Shown: piece by piece, positions 26,352 to 32,000 of the stretch
Numbering within the stretch: the first letter of the stretch is position 1
How the letters are laid out: each line of letters opens with the position of its first letter
From: Dickeya dadantii NCPPB 898
GTDB lineage: Bacteria > Pseudomonadota > Gammaproteobacteria > Enterobacterales > Enterobacteriaceae
Assembly (NCBI RefSeq): GCF_000406145.1
Contig: NZ_CM001976.1
Location: 4,703,677-4,735,676, forward strand
Direction: 5' to 3'
Length of the DNA stretch: 32,000 nucleotides
Notes under the pieces: model-generated
What the model was told of the DNA's origin: nothing
Database searches by the model: none
What the model saw: the letters and a program-made list of their open reading frames with translations, nothing else
Made by a program: the position numbers and the translations under genes

Positions 26352-27659
26352 ATGAGTGAAATAATAACTATGCAAAATCGAACGGATAAGGACATACTCG
26401 GTTTTAACCGATGGTGGCTTTTTGCATTGGCTTTTTTGGCAATGTCCGTTATTAGTCCTTATGAATACGCCTGGTCGGTTATTGCCCCGCATTTTGCAAA
26501 AATTTATGGCTGGGAGCCAACCAAAATATCGCTGATGTTTAGCATGTTCGTCATTTTTCAGGCGTTCGGCACCTTGCCCGGAGGGATTTTTCGTGACAAG
26601 TTTGGCCCGAAGGCAGTTTCTGTCGTCGCCGGTATTTTTTCGGGCATCGGTCTTCTGGTTTGTGCATTTGGGCAGGAGCTATCCTATAACGTCGTGCTCA
26701 CTGTCTGGTGTATTGGTTGTTTTTTCTGCGGATTCGTCTATAACGCGGCGATTACCACCTGCAACAAGTGGTTCCCTGACCACAGGAACATCACCATAGG
26801 TCTTATTTCTGCTGCTTTCTCCTGGGGAGCATTACCTTTTATTTTCCCAATTCGTAGTATTCCGGAGAGTGCCCCTGACAGTACATTCTTCAATGTTATT
26901 TTCATTATGACCGCGGTCATCTCCGGCGTCATTATTATCACGGGCCTATTAATGAAAGACCCGCCGAAAGGCTGGCGTCATTCCACGCCATCATCGGCAA
27001 CAAAGAATAAAGTGGCAAAACGGCCTTGTGAGAAGCAATACAGTATGGGAGAAGCAATGCATACCTGGCAGTTCTGGGTGTTAATTGCCTCTTTCGTTTT
27101 GGTATCCGCGTCTGGTTTAACCTTTATTTCAAATAGCATCAAGTTTGCGTCAGCGTTCCACTTTAGCCTGACAGCAGGCACCGTTGTCACCGTCGGGATG
27201 GCAGTCACCAGTGGTCTTAGCCGGGTTGTGGGCGGTTGGATTGCAGATAAGATTGGCATCGATAAAACCATGACCATCTTTTATATCCTGTGCGGTGTGT
27301 TTTCCCTTGTCGCGCTGTTTCTTGCTGAAGCGGGTAGCGCAACAGGGTTCATCAGCAGCTGTATTATATCGATCTTCTTCTGGGGGGCGTTATATTCACT
27401 GTTTGCGTCAATCGTTGGTTATTACTACGGCGAAGTCGCTTCCGGTTCCAACTACGGCATGCTTTATGCCTCAGCCAAGGGATTAGGCGGAATTTATGGT
27501 GGCGTGCTGTCCGCCTATTTAATTTCCACCTATGGCCACCCCTTCACCATTATTGTTTCTTCCATCATGGCGCTACTTTCCGGGCTCATTCTGATTCCAC
27601 TTTGGAAACATCCGCCGGTCTGGAAAGAAACCAATGGCGTGCTAATAACAACACACTAA
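26352..27659 (+). CDS. MFS transporter of the oxalate:formate antiporter (OFA/OxlT-like) family
   Basis: From the ATG at 26352 (AGGAG at 26338-26342) the product has about 12 hydrophobic segments. It shares FNRWW..., DKFGP and NKWFPDHR motifs with Oxalobacter OxlT as I recall it. The 28-codon ORF-track extension is AT-rich leader sequence. Confidence 0.8.
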   Translation: MSEIITMQNRTDKDILGFNRWWLFALAFLAMSVISPYEYAWSVIAPHFAKIYGWEPTKISLMFSMFVIFQAFGTLPGGIFRDKFGPKAVSVVAGIFSGIGLLVCAFGQELSYNVVLTVWCIGCFFCGFVYNAAITTCNKWFPDHRNITIGLISAAFSWGALPFIFPIRSIPESAPDSTFFNVIFIMTAVISGVIIITGLLMKDPPKGWRHSTPSSATKNKVAKRPCEKQYSMGEAMHTWQFWVLIASFVLVSASGLTFISNSIKFASAFHFSLTAGTVVTVGMAVTSGLSRVVGGWIADKIGIDKTMTIFYILCGVFSLVALFLAEAGSATGFISSCIISIFFWGALYSLFASIVGYYYGEVASGSNYGMLYASAKGLGGIYGGVLSAYLISTYGHPFTIIVSSIMALLSGLILIPLWKHPPVWKETNGVLITTH

Positions 27660-27716
27660 CAACCCACATTCATTACAAAACCGAATAAATAATATTGCAA
27701 ATTAAAGAGAGGTCTT

Positions 27717-29462
27717 ATGTCTTCTATTACCGAAATTGAAACCGCAACTGATGCGGCATCAGAAAAAACAACATTGATTGACGGCTTTCACCTTTTTCTG
27801 GAAGCGCTCAAACTGAATGATATCGATACCCTCTTCGGTTTGCCCGGCATTCCGATTACCGACCTTCTGCGTATGGCTCAGGCGGAAGGGATGCGGGTGA
27901 TTTCTTTCCGTCATGAGCAGCACGCCGGTAATGCAGCGGCGGCGGCCGGTTTCCTCACCGCCAAACCCGGTATCTGTATGACGGTTTCAGCGCCCGGCTT
28001 TTTGAATGGTTTGACCGCGCTCGCCAACGCCACCACCAACTGTTTTCCTATGATCCTGATCAGTGGTTCCAGCGAACGCGAAATCGTCGATTTACAGCAA
28101 GGCGATTACGAAGAAATGGATCAACTGGCCATCGCCAAACCGCTGTGTAAGGCCGCCTTCCGCGTGTTACGGGCCGAAGATATCGGTGTCGGTATTGCCC
28201 GTGCCATCCGCGCAGCCGTATCCGGGCGCCCCGGCGGGGTCTATCTGGATCTGCCGGCCAGGCTGTTCTCGCAAACCATGCCGCTGGATGCCGGGCGTAA
28301 ATCGTTAATCAGGGTCGTAGACGCCGCGCCGCGCCAGCTGCCGGCACCGGATTCGGTTACCCGGGCGCTTGAACTGCTCAAAAACGCCAGAAAGCCCCTC
28401 ATTCTGCTGGGAAAAGGAGCGGCTTACGCACGTGCCGATGCCGAGATTCGCGCTTTGGTCGAAAAAACCGGTATCCCCTACTTGCCGATGTCCATGGCCA
28501 AGGGCTTGCTTCCTGACACGCATGAACTGTCGGCCGCCGCCACACGTTCCTATGTATTGAAAGAAGCGGATGTGGTGCTGCTGATCGGTGCGCGTCTGAA
28601 CTGGTTGCTCTCGCACGGTAAAGGCAAGACTTGGGGGCAGGAAAACGGGCCGAAGAAATTTATCCAGATCGATATCGCGCCGACTGAAATCGACAGCAAT
28701 GTCGCCATTGATGCGCCGCTTATCGGTGATATCGGCTCTTGCGTAAAAGCATTGTTGAACGGCATCGGCAACGACTGGGCCAAACCGTCGAATGACTGGA
28801 CCGGCGTTATCGCCGAACGCAAAGCCAAAAACGTCAACAAGATGGCCGACATGCTGGCCGCACGCCCATCACCGATGAACTTCCATAGCACACTGAGCGT
28901 GGTGAAAGAGGTCGTGAAGGACAACCCGGAAGCCATCGTCGTCAGCGAAGGCGCCAACACGCTGGATTTTGGCCGCAGCATCGTGGACATGTACCTGCCG
29001 CGTAAACGCCTGGATGTCGGCACCTGGGGAATTATGGGCATCGGCATGGGCTTCGCCGCCGCCGGCGCGGTCGTGACGGGCAAGCCGGTCATCGCCATTG
29101 AGGGCGATTCCGCCTTCGGCTTCAGCGGCATGGAGGTTGAAACCCTCTGCCGCTATCACCTGCCCGTCTGCATTGTCGTGTTCAACAACAACGGCATTTA
29201 CAAAGGGACCGACACCAATGCCTCCGGCGGCGCCGACATGGCTCCCACCGTGTTCGTCAAAGACGCACGCTACGAAATGATGATGCAGGCCTTTGGCGGC
29301 GTGGGCGTGCATGTCACCACCACTGACGAACTGCACCGCGCCATGAATGAAGCCATTGCCTCCGGCAAACCAACGCTTATCAACGCCGTGATTGACGAAA
29401 CCGTCGGCACCGAAAGTGGCCGCATCACCAACCTGAACCCTGCCAAGGCGATTAAAAAATAA
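27717..29462 (+). CDS. oxc: oxalyl-CoA decarboxylase (ThDP-dependent)
   Basis: The 581-aa ORF has the ThDP-enzyme layout (GIPITDL...FRHEQHAGNAA; GDSAFGFSGMEVET...NN). Its length and context, next to frc, are typical of Oxc. Confidence 0.93.
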   Translation: MSSITEIETATDAASEKTTLIDGFHLFLEALKLNDIDTLFGLPGIPITDLLRMAQAEGMRVISFRHEQHAGNAAAAAGFLTAKPGICMTVSAPGFLNGLTALANATTNCFPMILISGSSEREIVDLQQGDYEEMDQLAIAKPLCKAAFRVLRAEDIGVGIARAIRAAVSGRPGGVYLDLPARLFSQTMPLDAGRKSLIRVVDAAPRQLPAPDSVTRALELLKNARKPLILLGKGAAYARADAEIRALVEKTGIPYLPMSMAKGLLPDTHELSAAATRSYVLKEADVVLLIGARLNWLLSHGKGKTWGQENGPKKFIQIDIAPTEIDSNVAIDAPLIGDIGSCVKALLNGIGNDWAKPSNDWTGVIAERKAKNVNKMADMLAARPSPMNFHSTLSVVKEVVKDNPEAIVVSEGANTLDFGRSIVDMYLPRKRLDVGTWGIMGIGMGFAAAGAVVTGKPVIAIEGDSAFGFSGMEVETLCRYHLPVCIVVFNNNGIYKGTDTNASGGADMAPTVFVKDARYEMMMQAFGGVGVHVTTTDELHRAMNEAIASGKPTLINAVIDETVGTESGRITNLNPAKAIKK

Positions 29463-29501
29463 GCGTAACGGCAATTAATGAATAACCATGGAGATAATTT
29501 T

Positions 29502-30779
29502 ATGAATAACAACAACGATCTGCCTTTGGCTGGCGTCAGAATCATCGACTTCACACACGTGCAGGCCGGCCCTGCATGTACACAAATGCTGGCGTGGTTC
29601 GGTGCCGATGTCATCAAAATCGAACGTCCCGGCTCGGGGGACATCACCCGTAACCAGTTGCGCGACATTCCAGATGCGGACGCCCTGTACTTCACCATGC
29701 TCAACAGCAACAAACGTTCGCTCACCCTGGATACCAAAAAGCCTGAAGGCAAGGAAGTTCTGACCCGCCTTATCAAAGAGTGTGACGTGATGGTGGAAAA
29801 CTTCGGCCCCGGCGCGCTGGATCGCATGGGTTTTACCTGGGAGCACATTCAGGAACTGAACCCTCGCATGATTCTTGCCTCGGTTAAAGGCTTCAGCGAA
29901 GGCCACCACTACGAACACCTGCGAGCTTATGAAAATGTCGCCCAATGTGCGGGGGGTGCGGCCTCAACCACCGGCTGGTGGAAGGGTGAGAACGCCGGGC
30001 CGACCATTTCGGCTGCCGCGTTAGGCGACAGCAACACCGGTATGCATTTGGCTATCGGCATCCTGACCGCGTACATCGGCCGTCAGAAGACCGGCAAAGG
30101 GCAGAAAGTCGCCTGCGCCATGCAGGATGCGGTGCTTAACCTCTGCCGCGTCAAAATGCGCGATCAGCTGCGTCTGGACAAAGTCGGCTATCTGGAAGAG
30201 TACCCGCAGTATCCGCATGAAGCGTTCACCGACGTGGTGCCGCGCGGCGGTAATGCCGGCGGCGGCGGCCAGCCAGGTTGGATCCTCAAGTGCAAAGGCT
30301 GGGAGACCGACCCCAATGCTTACATCTACTTCACAGTACAGGACCTGGTCTGGACGCCGATTTGCGACGCGATAGAACGCCCGGAATGGCGAGACGATCC
30401 CGCCTATACCACCCCGAAGGCGCGTCAACCGCACATCATGGATATTTTCGGCGCCATTGAGAGTTTCATTTTGAGGGCCGGTAAAAGCAAGTTCGACGCG
30501 GTGGAGTACTTCGGGAAGTTCGGCATCCCCTGTGCGCCAGTGATGTCGATGAAGGAACTGCTGCACGACGAATCGCTGCGTAAGAGCGGCTCCATCGTCG
30601 AAGTGCCGCACAAAGTGCGCGGCAGTTACTGGACCGTCGGCTGCCCGATCAAGTTCTCGGCTCTCAAACCTGAGATCACCGCCTCGCCGCTGCTCGGTGA
30701 GCACACCGACGACGTGCTGGCGGAACTGGGCTACTCGAAAGAGCAGATTGCGCTCATTCACACAGCCAAAGCGGTGTAA
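29502..30779 (+). CDS. frc: formyl-CoA:oxalate CoA-transferase
   Basis: From the ATG at 29502 (GGAGA RBS) the product ...[34 protein letters not shown]...[16 protein letters not shown]...[31 protein letters not shown] is colinear with E. coli YfdW/Frc and Oxalobacter Frc. Confidence 0.93.
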   Translation: MNNNNDLPLAGVRIIDFTHVQAGPACTQMLAWFGADVIKIERPGSGDITRNQLRDIPDADALYFTMLNSNKRSLTLDTKKPEGKEVLTRLIKECDVMVENFGPGALDRMGFTWEHIQELNPRMILASVKGFSEGHHYEHLRAYENVAQCAGGAASTTGWWKGENAGPTISAAALGDSNTGMHLAIGILTAYIGRQKTGKGQKVACAMQDAVLNLCRVKMRDQLRLDKVGYLEEYPQYPHEAFTDVVPRGGNAGGGGQPGWILKCKGWETDPNAYIYFTVQDLVWTPICDAIERPEWRDDPAYTTPKARQPHIMDIFGAIESFILRAGKSKFDAVEYFGKFGIPCAPVMSMKELLHDESLRKSGSIVEVPHKVRGSYWTVGCPIKFSALKPEITASPLLGEHTDDVLAELGYSKEQIALIHTAKAV

Positions 30780-30781
30780 GC

Positions 30782-31216
30782 ATGATGGCACTCACGCTAC
30801 CGCAGTTCCTCACGGTGATAGGTGACGCCGTCATTATTTGCGATGTCGACGGCACCATCACCGCCTGGAACCCCGCAGCCGAACGTCTGTTCGGCTTCAC
30901 CCAGAGCGAGGCGTTGGGTGCCTCGCTCAACATCATCATTCCCGAGCGACAACGCCAGCGGCACTGGTCCGGCTACCACCAGACCATGCAAAGCGGCCTG
31001 ACCCGGTACGGAACATCACTACTTCACGTACCGGCCCTGACGCGTGAAGGCGGCACGATTTCCATCGCCTTCACCGTGGCCCTGCTACCCGGAGAGGACG
31101 GCAAGCCGGCGTCAATCATCGCCATCATCCGCGATGAGACCGCGCGCTTCAACGAGGAACGCGCATTGCGCCAACGTCTGGCCGAGGCGGAGCAGCGAGC
31201 AACACCGCCGTCATAA
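30782..31216 (+). CDS. stand-alone PAS-domain protein
   Basis: The 144-aa ORF starts 2 nt after the frc stop. The PAS S-box-like core is AVIICDVDGTITAWNPAAERLFGFTQSEALGASLNIIIP...ISIAFTVALL...IIAIIRDET. No output domain is present. Confidence 0.75.
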   Translation: MMALTLPQFLTVIGDAVIICDVDGTITAWNPAAERLFGFTQSEALGASLNIIIPERQRQRHWSGYHQTMQSGLTRYGTSLLHVPALTREGGTISIAFTVALLPGEDGKPASIIAIIRDETARFNEERALRQRLAEAEQRATPPS

Positions 31217-31317
31217 CCAGGCGGCTGATGACACGCCCTGACCGTCGCCGCTGACTCTCAGGGCGAACAAACCCGAGGAATGATGAATAGAGGTGAATAG
31301 ATTCGAGGAGAATTTTC

Positions 31318-32000
31318 ATGAGCAAGGCATTAGACGGGATCAGAATTATTGATTTTACCCATGTACAGTCTGGCCCGAGCTGTACCCAGTTGCTCGCCTG
31401 GATGGGCGCAGACGTGATCAAGATCGAACGCGTCGGCGAGGGTGACGCGACACGCAAGCAACTACGCGACATTCCCGGCGTGGACAGTCTGTATTTTACC
31501 ATGCTGAACCACAACAAACGCGCCGTCACACTCAACACCAAGACACCCGAAGGCCTACAGGTGCTGGATAGCCTGATCAAGCGCTGCGACGTGCTGGTGG
31601 AGAACTTTGCTCCCGGCGCGCTCGACCGCATGGGGCTGACCTGGGAGCACATCCACGCCGTCAATCCGCGGATGATCCTCGCGTCGGTCAAAGGCTTTGG
31701 TCCCGGTCGTTACGAAGACTGCAAATCCTACGAAAACGTGGCGCAATGCGCCGGCGGCGCCGCATCGACCACCGGCTTCAACGATGGCCCGCCGATTGTC
31801 ACCGGCGCCCAGATCGGCGATTCAGGTTCGGGTTTGCACCTCGCGCTGGGTATTGTCTCCGCGCTTTTCCAGCGTCACACCTCCGGACGCGGACAAAAGG
31901 TCTCGGTATCAATGCAAGACGCCGTGCTCAATCTATGCCGGGTAAAACTGCGTGACCAGCAACGGCTGGAACGTACCGGCGTATTGGAAGAGTATCCACA
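31318..32000 (+). CDS. second formyl-CoA transferase paralog (family III CoA-transferase), 3'-truncated by the window edge
   Basis: From the ATG at 31318 (GAGGAG RBS) the frame is open to the window end. The product [40 protein letters not shown]...[17 protein letters not shown]...[23 protein letters not shown] is Frc-like, roughly two-thirds identical to the first copy by eye. It is missing from the ORF track because it has no in-window stop. Confidence 0.9.
   Translation, partial: MSKALDGIRIIDFTHVQSGPSCTQLLAWMGADVIKIERVGEGDATRKQLRDIPGVDSLYFTMLNHNKRAVTLNTKTPEGLQVLDSLIKRCDVLVENFAPGALDRMGLTWEHIHAVNPRMILASVKGFGPGRYEDCKSYENVAQCAGGAASTTGFNDGPPIVTGAQIGDSGSGLHLALGIVSALFQRHTSGRGQKVSVSMQDAVLNLCRVKLRDQQRLERTGVLEEYP

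Noticed and set aside
26129-26395. An 88-aa minus-strand ORF in the oxlT leader, and the ORF-track oxlT start at 26268
   Set aside because: The AT-rich ORF has no RBS and overlaps the real oxlT start region. The AGGAG-preceded ATG at 26352 gives an N-terminus that matches the OxlT family.
28550-30791. Minus-strand ORFs overlapping oxc and frc (28550-29131, 28869-29474, 29270-29848, 29475-29945, 30021-30791)
   Set aside because: They are antisense to strongly supported oxc and frc, have no domain signatures, and overlap one another.
1-32000. CRISPR arrays, rRNA or tRNA genes
   Set aside because: I saw no regularly spaced short direct repeats and no tRNA- or rRNA-like sequences anywhere in the window.

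Overview
This looks like a chromosomal segment from a GC-rich Enterobacterales genome. Composition and synteny suggest Dickeya or another Pectobacteriaceae, but that is a guess. The housekeeping backbone is glyS-glyQ, a TauE-family permease, tag-yiaC, ghrB, avtA and glk. Four accessory blocks sit within it. (1) A visibly AT-rich islet of about 3.9 kb (about 4985-8830) lies between yiaC and ghrB. It carries a minus-strand operon of a retron-type reverse transcriptase, an ABC/SMC-like ATPase and an HNH nuclease, joined by ATGA overlaps. Upstream is a candidate msr-msd ncRNA with a perfect 21-bp msd hairpin. This matches the described type I-A retron (Ec78/Retron-Eco7-like, a retron fused to a Septu PtuAB-like effector pair) and is the most likely anti-phage system in the window. 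The architecture is known, but this ncRNA and this insertion site are inferred from sequence only. (2) Two same-orientation copies of a non-coding element of about 420 bp sit at 12946-13368 and 19157-19574. Differences between the copies fall in hairpin loops or are compensatory in stems, which suggests a structured RNA or ssDNA element that I cannot assign to a family. The copies bracket a DUF1471 gene and a peptide/nickel-type ABC importer, and copy B separates that importer from an LLM monooxygenase and a fused CMD/AhpD gene. (3) A divergent DUF3861/MarR pair with twin palindromic operators, followed by a GNAT gene. (4) An oxalate catabolism locus made of LysR, an OxlT-like antiporter, oxc, frc, a stand-alone PAS protein and a second frc paralog cut by the window edge. 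Most long ORFs antisense to the GC-rich genes are artefacts. I saw no rRNA, tRNA, CRISPR array, integrase or transposase.
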